DNA of 64,000 nucleotides from Clostridia bacterium (GTDB lineage Bacteria; Bacillota; Clostridia; TANB77; CAG-508). The stretch covers positions 24,295-88,294 of the forward strand of contig JAZUKV010000033.1 in NCBI GenBank assembly GCA_045643465.1. Direction: 5' to 3'. Numbering within the stretch: position 1 is the stretch's first letter; each line of letters begins with the position of its first letter. The position numbers and the translations under genes were made by a program. The notes beneath the pieces are model-generated. The model made no database searches, had not been told where the DNA came from, and was given only the letters and a program-made list of their open reading frames with translations. Shown here piece after piece: positions 17,718 to 27,445 of this stretch.

Positions 17718-18737
17718 ATGGATAATTTTAATGAACAAAATGTTAATCAAGACAATAATACTATTGCAATAGTAGGTATGATTTTAGGAATCTTAGGAAT
17801 AGTACTTTGTTGGATTCCAATATTGGGATTAGCTTTAGGTATTGTTGGATTAATTTTAGCAATCAAAGGAATTAAAAAGTCAAAAGAAGTAAATAAAGGA
17901 AAAGGAATAGCAATAGCAGGTATATCTTGTGGATCTGTAGGTATTGTTGTTAGTATCATTTATACTATAATCTGGATTATGGCATTTATTATTGTTGGAG
18001 AAACAATGGATGTTGTAAAAGATTATAAAAATGATATAATAAATACATATTCAAATTATTCTTCAACTGTTTCTAATTCAGTAAAGAATACTATATCTGA
18101 TAGAAATAATGTATTAAATAATACAACTAATAATACAACTAACAATACAACAAATACAACAAACACAAATAGCACAACAAATACAACAACTGGTACACCA
18201 AGATTAAATCCAGATGCTAAAAGTACTACAATTAATAATCCAGTTGGTTTAAATGAATGGACATTAGGAAGTAAATCTATATATAAATCACTTACAGAGG
18301 ATTTTGGAGATAATGACTATCCAGATATGCCAGTAAGAATTACAAAAGTTACAAGAGGAGATGCTGCTAAAAATGAAGTAAAAGCATACTATGATTCAAA
18401 AAATGCAAGCGCATCATACAAAGAGCCACAAAATTCATTAGAATGGGCAGTAATAGAATATGAAGTTGACTTTACAGGAGTAAATTTCAAAAGCGGAAAC
18501 AGTGGAACAAATGCTTATATGCATTCTGCAATCCAAGGAACAGATGGAAAAAATGTAAAAGCTAATGGATATACATATTTCTTAACAACTGCAGATGTTA
18601 CTGAGTCAAAATATTATAAAGAGCCAGGTGTATTCAAAGGAAAATTCTTTGTTCAATTACCACAAGGAAGCAATGATTATGTAATTAGCTTTGGAACAAG
18701 TTCTCATGGATCATTAGGATATGTAAAACCAGAATAA
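17718..18737 (+). CDS. Membrane protein with a DUF4190-like N-terminal TM hairpin, an Asn/Thr-rich linker and a beta-rich C-terminal domain
   Basis: GILGIVLCWIPILGLALGIVGLILAIKG. The NNTTNNTTNNTTNTTNTNSTTNTTT linker follows. Strong SD. Confidence 0.8.
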   Translation: MDNFNEQNVNQDNNTIAIVGMILGILGIVLCWIPILGLALGIVGLILAIKGIKKSKEVNKGKGIAIAGISCGSVGIVVSIIYTIIWIMAFIIVGETMDVVKDYKNDIINTYSNYSSTVSNSVKNTISDRNNVLNNTTNNTTNNTTNTTNTNSTTNTTTGTPRLNPDAKSTTINNPVGLNEWTLGSKSIYKSLTEDFGDNDYPDMPVRITKVTRGDAAKNEVKAYYDSKNASASYKEPQNSLEWAVIEYEVDFTGVNFKSGNSGTNAYMHSAIQGTDGKNVKANGYTYFLTTADVTESKYYKEPGVFKGKFFVQLPQGSNDYVISFGTSSHGSLGYVKPE

Positions 18738-18748
18738 ATTTAAATAAA

Positions 18749-18774
18749 AAACAGGGTTTAACCCTGTTTTTTTA
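18749..18774 (+). terminator. Rho-independent terminator
   Basis: acagggtt-ta-accctgt followed by T7. Confidence 0.65.
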
Positions 18775-18981
18775 TTTTACACATTAATAAATATAAACAT
18801 CTAAAATATCATAATAAATATGCGAAATCAATAGAATTTTGTAAAAAATAAATTTTTAATAAAATCATTGTAATTACACTTGAAATGACTATTTTTTTGT
18901 TATACAATGAACAAGGTTAAAAATTTATTTAACCATTTTTTTACAGATGTTAGATAAAACATCGGATGGGAGGAATTTTAA

Positions 18982-19998
18982 ATGTCAGTAAAAGTAGCTA
19001 TTAATGGGTTTGGACGTATAGGACGTCTTGCATTTAGACAAATGTTTGGAGCAGAAGGGTATGAAATTGTTGCAATTAACGATTTAACAAGTCCTAAAAT
19101 GTTAGCTCATTTATTAAAATATGATTCTGCACAAGGTAGATACGAAAAAGCAGATACAGTTGTTGCAGGAGAAGATTCTATAACAGTTGATGGAAAAGAA
19201 ATTAAAATATATGCAGAAAAAGAAGCTCAAAATCTTCCATGGGGAGAAATTGGAGTTGATGTAGTTTTAGAATGTACAGGATTTTATACATCAAAAGAAA
19301 AATCACAAGCACATATTGATGCAGGAGCTAAAAAAGTTGTTATATCAGCACCAGCAGGTAATGATTTACCAACAGTAGTATTTGGTGTTAATGAAAATAT
19401 ATTAAAAGCAGATGATACAATAATATCAGCAGCATCATGCACAACAAATTGCTTAGCACCAATGGCAAATGCTTTAAATAAATATGCACCAATTCAATCA
19501 GGAATAATGTCAACAATACATGCATACACAGGAGACCAAATGTTATTAGACGGACCACATAGAAAAGGTGATTTAAGAAGAGCTAGAGCAGCAGCTTGTA
19601 ATATAGTTCCAAATTCAACAGGAGCAGCTAAAGCTATAGGATTAGTTATTCCAGAATTAAATGGAAAATTAATTGGATCAGCTCAAAGAGTTCCAGTTCC
19701 AACAGGATCAACAACTATATTAACAGCAGTTGTTAAAGGTACAGATATAACAGTAGAAGGAATTAATGCAGCTATGAAAGCAGCTTCAAATGAATCTTTT
19801 GGTTATACAGATGAATTATTAGTTTCTTCAGACATAATAGGAATTAGATTTGGCTCTTTATTCGATAGCACACAAACAATGGTAACAAAGATATCTGATG
19901 AATTATATCAAGTTCAAGTTGTTTCTTGGTATGATAACGAGAATTCATATACAAGCCAAATGGTAAGAACTATCAAATATTTTGCAGAATTAGCATAG
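18982..19998 (+). CDS. gap: Glyceraldehyde-3-phosphate dehydrogenase
   Basis: [13 protein letters not shown] and SCTTNCLAP motifs. Confidence 0.97.
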   Translation: MSVKVAINGFGRIGRLAFRQMFGAEGYEIVAINDLTSPKMLAHLLKYDSAQGRYEKADTVVAGEDSITVDGKEIKIYAEKEAQNLPWGEIGVDVVLECTGFYTSKEKSQAHIDAGAKKVVISAPAGNDLPTVVFGVNENILKADDTIISAASCTTNCLAPMANALNKYAPIQSGIMSTIHAYTGDQMLLDGPHRKGDLRRARAAACNIVPNSTGAAKAIGLVIPELNGKLIGSAQRVPVPTGSTTILTAVVKGTDITVEGINAAMKAASNESFGYTDELLVSSDIIGIRFGSLFDSTQTMVTKISDELYQVQVVSWYDNENSYTSQMVRTIKYFAELA

Positions 19999-20103
19999 GG
20001 TTATAAAAAGGGGCAGAGCTAAATCTGCCTCTGTTGCTCTATTTTATAAAAAATAAATGTAAAATATGCACATAATTTTTACATTAAATTGGAGGTTATT
20101 ATT

Positions 20104-21291
20104 ATGAGTAAAAAAACAGTTAAAGATATTGATTTAAAAAATAAAAAAGTATTTGTTAGATGTGATTTTAATGTCCCATTAGATGAAAATAAAAATATAA
20201 CAGATAATAGAAGAATTGTAGGAGCTTTACCAACAATAAAATATTTGCTAGAGCAAAATTGTAAAGTTATATTAAGCTCTCATCTAGGAAGACCAAAGGG
20301 AGAATTCAAATCAGAATTTTCTTTAGCTCCAGTAGCTACTGAGTTATCTAAATTATTAGGTAAAGAAGTAAAACTTGCTAAAGACGTAATTGGAGAATCT
20401 GCAAAAGAATTAACATCAAATATGCAAAATGGAGATGTTGTATTATTAGAAAATGTTAGATTTGACGGTAGAGAAGAAAAAAATGATCCAGAGCTATCTA
20501 AAGAATTTGCATCAATGGCAGAAGTTTTTGTAAATGATGCATTTGGAACAGCTCACAGAGCACATAGTTCAACAGCAGGTATTGCAGACTATTTACCAGC
20601 AGTATCAGGATTTTTAATAGAAAAAGAATTAAAGTTTTTGGGTTCAAGCTTAGAAAATCCAGAAAGACCATTTGTTGCAATATTAGGTGGTTCAAAAGTT
20701 TCAGATAAAATTGCTGTTATAGATAATTTGATGGAAAAAGTAGATTCATTAATAATTGGTGGTGCAATGGCAAATACATTTGTTAAAGCAATGGGATACA
20801 ATGTTGGAAATTCTTTATGTGAAGATGATAAAATTGATTTAGCAAATAGTTTAATAAAAAAGGCTAACGAAAAAGGTGTAAAATTAATATTACCTGTTGA
20901 TGCTAAATTAGGTAAAGAATTTAGTAAAGATACAGAAAGCCAAATTGTTGATATTAAAAATGTACCAGATGGATGGAGTATTTTTGATGTAGGCCCTAAA
21001 ACAATAGAATTATATAAAAATGAATTGCAAAATGCAAAAACTGTTGTATGGAATGGACCAGTTGGATTATTTGAATTTGATCAATTTGCAATTGGTACAA
21101 ATTCTGTTGCAGAAATATTAGCAACATTAGATAATGCTATTACTATAATAGGTGGAGGAGATTCAGCAGCTGCTGTTGAAAAATCTGGATTAGCAGATAA
21201 AATGTCTCATATTTCAACAGGAGGAGGAGCTTCTCTTGAATTCTTAGAAGGGAAAAAATTACCAGGAATAGAATGTTTACAAAATAAATAA
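20104..21291 (+). CDS. pgk: Phosphoglycerate kinase
   Basis: RCDFNVPL motif. The ATG at 20104 follows a ggagg SD, and the track's TTG at 20089 lies inside that SD. Confidence 0.96.
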   Translation: MSKKTVKDIDLKNKKVFVRCDFNVPLDENKNITDNRRIVGALPTIKYLLEQNCKVILSSHLGRPKGEFKSEFSLAPVATELSKLLGKEVKLAKDVIGESAKELTSNMQNGDVVLLENVRFDGREEKNDPELSKEFASMAEVFVNDAFGTAHRAHSSTAGIADYLPAVSGFLIEKELKFLGSSLENPERPFVAILGGSKVSDKIAVIDNLMEKVDSLIIGGAMANTFVKAMGYNVGNSLCEDDKIDLANSLIKKANEKGVKLILPVDAKLGKEFSKDTESQIVDIKNVPDGWSIFDVGPKTIELYKNELQNAKTVVWNGPVGLFEFDQFAIGTNSVAEILATLDNAITIIGGGDSAAAVEKSGLADKMSHISTGGGASLEFLEGKKLPGIECLQNK

Positions 21292-21325
21292 CATTAAAAT
21301 ATAGCTGATAAGTAGGAGGTTTTTT

Positions 21326-22078
21326 ATGAGAAAAAAAGTTATAGCAGGAAACTGGAAAATGAATATGCTTCCAAATGAAGCAATTGCAATGATTAATGAT
21401 TTGGCACCATTAGTTAAAGACACAAATAATGAAGTTATTTTATGTGTTCCATATACTGATTTATTTTATGCATTATTAACAGCACAAGATACAAATATTA
21501 AAATTGGTGCTCAAAATATGCATTATGAAGAGAAAGGAGCATATACAGGAGAAGTTTCTGGACAAATGTTAAAATGTATTGGAGTTGAATATGTAATAAT
21601 AGGACATTCTGAAAGAAGACAATATTTTGCTGAAACAGATGAAACCGTAAATAAAAAAATAAAAGCAGCTTTTGCAAATGATTTAAAACCTATTGTATGT
21701 GTAGGTGAAACTTTAGAGCAAAAAGAAGCAGGAGTAACAGCACAAATAATAACAGACCAAACTAAACTTGCATTAGACGGATTAACACCAGAGCAAGTAA
21801 AAAATACAATAATTGCGTATGAGCCAATTTGGGCAATCGGAACAGGAAAAACAGCTACTTCTGAAGATGCAAATAATAGTATTAAAGAAATAAGAAAGAA
21901 AATTTCAGAAATATATGGAAATGAAGTAGCAAATAGTGTTATAATACAGTACGGCGGTAGTGTGAAATCTTCAAATGCAAAAGAGCTATTTACAACATCA
22001 GATATAGATGGAGGATTAGTAGGCGGTGCTAGCTTAAAAGCTGATGAATTTAGCAAAATAGTTAATTTTGATAAATAG
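21326..22078 (+). CDS. tpiA: Triosephosphate isomerase
   Basis: IAGNWKMN, GHSERR and AYEPIWAIGTG motifs. Confidence 0.97.
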   Translation: MRKKVIAGNWKMNMLPNEAIAMINDLAPLVKDTNNEVILCVPYTDLFYALLTAQDTNIKIGAQNMHYEEKGAYTGEVSGQMLKCIGVEYVIIGHSERRQYFAETDETVNKKIKAAFANDLKPIVCVGETLEQKEAGVTAQIITDQTKLALDGLTPEQVKNTIIAYEPIWAIGTGKTATSEDANNSIKEIRKKISEIYGNEVANSVIIQYGGSVKSSNAKELFTTSDIDGGLVGGASLKADEFSKIVNFDK

Positions 22079-22126
22079 TCAGATAATTATATAAAAATGT
22101 GTATAAATAAAAGGATGGTAGAAAAA

Positions 22127-23656
22127 ATGGATAAAAAGACAACAATGCTAATGATATTAGATGGTTTTGGAATCAATGAAAATGACAACGGAAACGCTGT
22201 TGCAAAAGCTAATACACCTAATATAGATAAACTTATGAAAACTTGCCCTACAACAGAAGTTTATACAAGTGGACTTAATGTAGGTTTACCAGAAGGTCAA
22301 ATGGGAAATTCAGAAGTCGGACATACAAATATTGGAGCTGGAAGAATAGTATATCAAGAGCTTACAAGAATAACAAAGTCTATAGAAGATGGTGATTTTT
22401 TCAGTATTCCAGAATTTATTGAGGCAATAGAAAATTGCAAAAAGAATAATTCAAAATTGCATATAATGGGATTATTATCAGATGGTGGAGTTCATAGCCA
22501 TATGAGACACTTATTTGGAATTTTAGAGCTAGCTAAAAGAAGAGATTTTGAAGATGTATATGTTCATTGTTTTTTAGATGGTAGAGATACACCACCAGCA
22601 TCAGCTGAAGGATATATTATGCAATTAGAAGAAAAGATGAAGGAAAAAGGAGTTGGTAAAATAGCTTCTATTTCTGGAAGATTCTATAGCATGGATAGAG
22701 ATAAAAGATGGAATAGAATCCAAAAGGCTTATGATGCAATGGTAAATGGAATTGGTGAAAAAGCTACATCTGCAATTACAGCTATTGAAGGATCATATCA
22801 AAAAGAAATTTTTGATGAGTTTGTTGAGCCTACAGTAATATGTAATGGTGATAATCCAGTTGCTACAATTTCAAAAAATGATTCTGTAATATTTTTCAAC
22901 TTTAGACCAGATAGAGCTAGAGAAATTACTAGAGTTTTAGTAGATAAAGAATTTAATGATTTTAAAACAGAAGATTTAGATCTATTTTTTGTTTGTATGA
23001 CTCAATATGATGAAACAATGCCAAATGTTAATGTAGCATTTAAGCCTACAAAATTAGTTAATACATTTGGAGAATATATAAGTAATAAGGGTATGACACA
23101 ATTAAGAATTGCAGAAACAGAAAAATATGCACATGTTACATTCTTTTTTAATGGTGGAAACGAAAATCAATACGAAGGAGAAGATAGAATATTAGTTCCA
23201 TCTCCAAAAGTAGAAACTTATGATTTAAAACCAGAAATGAGTGCACCTGAAGTGTGTGAAAAAGTTGTAAAAGCAATAAAATCTAAAAAATATGATTCAA
23301 TTATTTTAAATTTTGCAAATCCTGATATGGTAGGTCATACAGGTAATTTAGAAGCTGCAGTAAAAGCAATTGAAACAATTGACAAATGTGTTGGAGATAT
23401 TGTTGAAGCAATGAATGAAAATGGCGGAGTTATTTTAATAACAGCAGATCATGGAAATTCAGAGCAAATGATTGATTATACAACAGGTGATCCACATACT
23501 GCTCATACTACAAATCCTGTTCCACTAATATTATATGGTATGGAAAATGCTAAGATAAAATCTGGTAAATTAGCAGATTTAGCACCAACTATGCTTGATA
23601 TTATGGGATTAGAAAAACCAGAAGAAATGACTGGTGAAAGTTTATTAATAAGATAA
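22127..23656 (+). CDS. gpmI: 2,3-bisphosphoglycerate-independent phosphoglycerate mutase
   Basis: [21 protein letters not shown] and ADHGN motifs. The start is ambiguous among 22097, 22115 and 22127. Confidence 0.95.
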   Translation: MDKKTTMLMILDGFGINENDNGNAVAKANTPNIDKLMKTCPTTEVYTSGLNVGLPEGQMGNSEVGHTNIGAGRIVYQELTRITKSIEDGDFFSIPEFIEAIENCKKNNSKLHIMGLLSDGGVHSHMRHLFGILELAKRRDFEDVYVHCFLDGRDTPPASAEGYIMQLEEKMKEKGVGKIASISGRFYSMDRDKRWNRIQKAYDAMVNGIGEKATSAITAIEGSYQKEIFDEFVEPTVICNGDNPVATISKNDSVIFFNFRPDRAREITRVLVDKEFNDFKTEDLDLFFVCMTQYDETMPNVNVAFKPTKLVNTFGEYISNKGMTQLRIAETEKYAHVTFFFNGGNENQYEGEDRILVPSPKVETYDLKPEMSAPEVCEKVVKAIKSKKYDSIILNFANPDMVGHTGNLEAAVKAIETIDKCVGDIVEAMNENGGVILITADHGNSEQMIDYTTGDPHTAHTTNPVPLILYGMENAKIKSGKLADLAPTMLDIMGLEKPEEMTGESLLIR

Positions 23657-23767
23657 TTAAATTAAAAGCATATAATGAAGTTCTAATCGGAAAATCCGGT
23701 ACAATTTCAATTATATATATATACTTAAGAAGAGAATAATAAATGTAATTTGAAAGGAGCAATTAAA

Positions 23768-24460
23768 ATGATTTATTCAAAAGAATTAGAAAATATGTGT
23801 CCAGTAGCAAAAGGAGTAAACCATGGACCAGCACCTATTCCAGAAGAGGGACAATGGGTAAAAGCAAAAGAAATTAAAGACATATCAGGTTTTACACATG
23901 GTATTGGATGGTGTGCGCCACAACAAGGTGCTTGTAAGTTAACATTAAATGTTAAAGAAGGTGTTATACAAGAAGCCTTAGTTGAGACAATAGGATGCTC
24001 AGGAATGACACATTCAGCAGCAATGGCAGGAGAAATTTTAGTTGGAAAAACAATATTAGAAGCTTTAAACACAGACTTAGTTTGTGATGCTATAAATACT
24101 GCTATGAGAGAATTATTTTTACAAATAGTTTATGGTAGAACTCAATCTGCATTCTCAGAAGGTGGATTAGCAGTTGGAGCAGGATTAGAAGATTTAGGAA
24201 AAGGACATAGAAGTCAAGTTGGTACAATTTATTCTACTTCATTAAAAGGTCCAAGATATTTAGAGCTTGCAGAAGGATATATTACAGAAATTGGTTTAGA
24301 TAAAGATAATCAAATTATTGGTTACAAATATGTTAACCTTGGAAAAATGATGGAAAACATCAAAAAAGGTATTGAACCAATGGAAGCTATTGAAAAAGCA
24401 AGTGGAAAATATGGACGTTTCGACGAAGCTGTTAAGAAAATAGATCCACGTCAAGAATAA
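23768..24460 (+). CDS. NifU/IscU-like scaffold-domain protein that partners the GGGtGRT protein
   Basis: Cys-containing segments GWCAPQQGACKL and TIGCSGMTHSAAMAGE. The ATG at 23768 follows a gaaaggag SD. Confidence 0.7.
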   Translation: MIYSKELENMCPVAKGVNHGPAPIPEEGQWVKAKEIKDISGFTHGIGWCAPQQGACKLTLNVKEGVIQEALVETIGCSGMTHSAAMAGEILVGKTILEALNTDLVCDAINTAMRELFLQIVYGRTQSAFSEGGLAVGAGLEDLGKGHRSQVGTIYSTSLKGPRYLELAEGYITEIGLDKDNQIIGYKYVNLGKMMENIKKGIEPMEAIEKASGKYGRFDEAVKKIDPRQE

Positions 24461-24513
24461 TAATATAGAATTTAGCAAAAAATCAATAACAGATTTTGAA
24501 AGGAGAATTTAAA

Positions 24514-25515
24514 ATGGCAGTAACATTTGAAAGTTATGAAAGAAGAATAAATCAAATTAAACCAGTTATGGAAAAATACGGGATTAAAGATTTTGAAGAT
24601 GCATTAAAAATATGTACAGATAAAGGATTTAATCCATATGAAATAGTTAAAGGAGTTCAAACAATTTGTTTCGAAAATGCAGCTTGGGCATATACATTAG
24701 GTGCAGCTATAGCTATCAAAAAAGGTTGTACAAAAGCAGCTGATGCAGCTAAAGCTATAGGAGAAGGTCTACAATCTTTCTGTATACCAGGTTCTGTTGC
24801 AGATGATAGAAAAGTTGGATTAGGACATGGAAATTTAGCTTCAATGCTATTATCAGAAGAAACAAAATGTTTTGCATTCTTAGCAGGACATGAAAGCTTT
24901 GCAGCAGCAGAAGGAGCTATTGGTATAGCAAAATCTGCAAACAAAGTTAGAAAAGAGCCATTAAGAGTAATTTTAAACGGATTAGGAAAAGATGCTGCTC
25001 AAATAATTTCAAGAATTAATGGATTTACATATGTAAAAACAGAATTTGATTTCTTTACAGGAAAAGTAAATGTAGTTGAAGAAATTGCTTATTCTGATGG
25101 AGAAAGATCTAAAGTTAAATGCTATGGAGCAAATGATGTTAGAGAAGGTGTTGCTATAATGCATATGGAAGGTGTTGATGTTTCTATAACAGGAAATTCA
25201 ACAAATCCAACAAGATTCCAACATCCAGTTGCTGGAACATACAAAAAAGAATGTATTGAATTAGGTAAAAAATATTTCTCAGTTGCTTCAGGTGGAGGAA
25301 CAGGAAGAACATTACATCCAGATAATATGGCTGCTGGACCAGCTTCATATGGTATGACAGATACTATGGGAAGAATGCATTCAGATGCTCAATTTGCTGG
25401 AAGTTCATCAGTACCAGCCCATGTTGAAATGATGGGATTAATTGGTATGGGTAACAACCCAATGGTTGGTGCTACAGTTGCAGTTGCAGTTGCTGTAGAA
25501 GAAGCTATGAAATAA
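24514..25515 (+). CDS. GGGtGRT family protein (uncharacterised conserved family)
   Basis: Contains the eponymous motif SGGGTGRTLHPD. The ATG at 24514 follows a gaaaggag SD. Confidence 0.8.
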   Translation: MAVTFESYERRINQIKPVMEKYGIKDFEDALKICTDKGFNPYEIVKGVQTICFENAAWAYTLGAAIAIKKGCTKAADAAKAIGEGLQSFCIPGSVADDRKVGLGHGNLASMLLSEETKCFAFLAGHESFAAAEGAIGIAKSANKVRKEPLRVILNGLGKDAAQIISRINGFTYVKTEFDFFTGKVNVVEEIAYSDGERSKVKCYGANDVREGVAIMHMEGVDVSITGNSTNPTRFQHPVAGTYKKECIELGKKYFSVASGGGTGRTLHPDNMAAGPASYGMTDTMGRMHSDAQFAGSSSVPAHVEMMGLIGMGNNPMVGATVAVAVAVEEAMK

Positions 25516-25538
25516 TAAAATATATTGTAAAATATTAA

Positions 25539-25568
25539 AACAAGAGCTTAGAGCTCTTGTTTTTTTTA
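25539..25568 (+). terminator. Rho-independent terminator closing the gap...GGGtGRT cluster
   Basis: caagagc-tta-gagctcttg followed by T9. Confidence 0.7.
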
Positions 25569-25651
25569 CAATTTTATTTAAGAAATTAAAAAATACTTGC
25601 ATTAATATTAACTAATAGGTATAATAAAACTACAAATTAAAAGGAGAAAAA

Positions 25652-26011
25652 ATGAGAAAAAGATTTATATGTGCAATTGCTATGCTTGCTTTGGGAATAT
25701 TAATTTATTACATTTCAAAAAAATATTTTCAAGTTAGTGGTGGAGAAATCCTTAAATTTATTAGAAATTATATACCAGATTCCCTATGGTCAATTAGTTT
25801 TTATTTAGTTAGTAGTTCCATTTTAAAGCAAATTTCAAAAAATTATAATTGGTTAGCTTTGCTATATTGTGCGGTTTTCTCAATTTTATTTGAAGTATTA
25901 CAAAAGTTTAATATAGTTAAAGGAACTTTTGATATTTTTGATATTGTCACATATATGGTTTCTCTGCTTTTTATTTGTTTTTTAGATGAAAAAAAGGAGG
26001 AAGGAAAATGA
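25652..26011 (+). CDS. Small membrane protein, 119 aa, about 4 TM
   Basis: Preceded by a consensus-like promoter (TTGCAT, 17 nt, TATAAT) and an SD. Hydrophobic profile. Confidence 0.75.
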   Translation: MRKRFICAIAMLALGILIYYISKKYFQVSGGEILKFIRNYIPDSLWSISFYLVSSSILKQISKNYNWLALLYCAVFSILFEVLQKFNIVKGTFDIFDIVTYMVSLLFICFLDEKKEEGK

Positions 26012-26526
26012 GTAAATTAAAGTATTTAGTGTTATTATTAATATGTGGAATTGTTTATTTTATGTTAGCTGTTGGAAGTTCATCAGATTCAACCAGTGTA
26101 TCTAGTAATAGTGATGGAAGTGGAGAAACAACGATTTATCACTTAAATGAAGATATATATATCACAAAATCTACTGGAAAATATAGAGTAAAATTTACAA
26201 ATATAAAAGAAACTAAAGAAAGAAATCAATATTCTGATAAAGAAGCAAAAAGAGTAATCGTAATAGATTATGAGTATGAAAATATTGATCAAGAAAGTGA
26301 TTTGTATGTATCTGATGTTACAAACTTCAAATTATATGATAAAGACAATAATGTATTAGAAACATATCCTGTAGATATAAAATATGCAACATCAATAGGA
26401 AAAGGAAGAAAAGGATCAGCTTCAGTTGCATATGCACTTAATAATGATTCAAATTATATAGAGCTGGAATATTACGATAATACATGGAATAGTTCTCCTG
26501 ATTGTAAAGTAATATTTGAATGGTAA
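26008..26526 (+). CDS. Secreted or membrane-anchored beta-rich protein (DUF4352-like), start overlaps the upstream stop
   Basis: N-terminal TM or signal sequence followed by a Ser-rich linker. ATGA overlap with the upstream gene. Confidence 0.75.
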   Translation: MSKLKYLVLLLICGIVYFMLAVGSSSDSTSVSSNSDGSGETTIYHLNEDIYITKSTGKYRVKFTNIKETKERNQYSDKEAKRVIVIDYEYENIDQESDLYVSDVTNFKLYDKDNNVLETYPVDIKYATSIGKGRKGSASVAYALNNDSNYIELEYYDNTWNSSPDCKVIFEW

Positions 26527-26557
26527 AATATTGAATTTTTAGGGAAATAATTTATAA

Positions 26558-26598
26558 AAAGCAAGGTAGACTTCAGATGAAGTAACCTTGCTTTTTTA
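26558..26598 (+). terminator. Rho-independent terminator
   Basis: agcaaggt...accttgct followed by T6. Confidence 0.65.
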
Positions 26599-26606
26599 TT
26601 GAGCAA

Positions 26607-26638
26607 AGAAAAAACGACATTGCAGTAGACAATGTCGT
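26607..26638 (-). terminator. Candidate terminator downstream of tRNA-Gln
   Basis: acgacattg...caatgtcgt. On the minus strand it is followed by a T-run. Confidence 0.5.
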
Positions 26639-26727
26639 AAAAATAAAATGAAAAAAAGGATGGAACGTGTTATGATCGAATAATTGAAGATTTCATTTTA
26701 TATAAATACAAATGTATAATAACATAT

Positions 26728-26802
26728 TGGCTGGGGTACTGTGATTCGAACACAGGAATGTCGGAGTCAGAGTCCGATGCCTTACCGCTTGGCGATACCC
26801 CA
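26728..26802 (-). tRNA. tRNA-Gln (anticodon CUG) with encoded CCA
   Basis: The reverse complement folds as a cloverleaf. The acceptor stem is TGGGGTA/TACCCCA, the anticodon stem is tcgga/tccga with loop cuCUGac, a GTTCGAATC T-loop is present, and the 3' end is GCCA. Confidence 0.9.
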
Positions 26803-26883
26803 ATATAAGTAAATTACATTAAAAATAATAACATAGTATGAATCAAAAATCAATTAAAATTTTATATTATATATAACTTTTTA

Positions 26884-27188
26884 AACTTTTTTTCATAGAA
26901 TATATAAACTATTTTATGGAGGAAAGATATGGCAAAAATTTTAGTATATAATAATAATACAAATAGAATGGAAACATATTATCGTGGAGAGCAAGAAGCA
27001 ATGCCGTATAATGCTAATAATACACTATTAGTAAGAGAATTTAGAGGAGCAAGTAAAAGTAAAACTTTATGGACTACTAGAAGCACTATGCTTGCATGGA
27101 ATTCTTTAAGATATATATATGGTGCTCCAATAAAAGTAGGATTTGCTTTTAGAAGACCATGGGAAGGTGGCCATACAGGGTAATCACA
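26884..27188 (+). repeat. Left copy of a ~305 bp direct repeat covering the promoter, SD and first 84 codons of the M15 peptidase gene
   Basis: Aligned by eye to 37334-37635. The coding part is 253/255 identical. The upstream ~45 nt is more diverged and has one indel. Confidence 0.9.
26929..27183 (+). pseudogene. Truncated 5' copy (84 codons) of the M15 peptidoglycan peptidase gene
   Basis: Identical to the N-terminus of 37376-38056 except K45 for Q45. It ends at a TAA where the full copy has CAA, just before the metal-binding SQHxxxxxxD motif. Confidence 0.85.
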
Positions 27189-27445
27189 TGACTAAATACA
27201 TACAGTTGAACATATAAAAATTTGAGATAGAAGATAGATAGAAATAGTGTTTTTAGATAATATGTAATTTATAATTATTAGTGATACTTATAGTGTGTAT
27301 AAGAAAAAAGAATTGGAAAGAACTCCTAATTTATGTTAACATAAAACATAATAGACATGTCATAAATACGAAAGAATATGTAATAGTTTTGTAATAGCAA
27401 TAAATTAAATGGATTATTTAAATATAAATTTTAGGAGGGAAAAAT

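Noticed and set aside
18100-18190. Tandem AAT/ACA-rich repeats as a possible VNTR or CRISPR-like array
   Set aside because: They lie in frame inside the 17718-18737 ORF and encode an Asn/Thr low-complexity linker. There is no repeat-spacer organisation. No CRISPR array was seen anywhere in the window.
21523-22056. Long antisense ORFs opposite well-supported genes. Examples are 21523-22056, 15301-15792, 61025-61612, 28363-28827 and 6496-6876.
   Set aside because: They are shadow ORFs on the strand opposite conserved genes. They lack SDs and have low-complexity translations with no family signatures.
26728-26802. tRNA-Gln as the attachment site of the island
   Set aside because: The island lies on the 5' side of the tRNA and about 80 bp away. 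No tRNA-derived repeat occurs at the far end. The actual flanking repeats are the duplicated 5' end of the peptidase gene.
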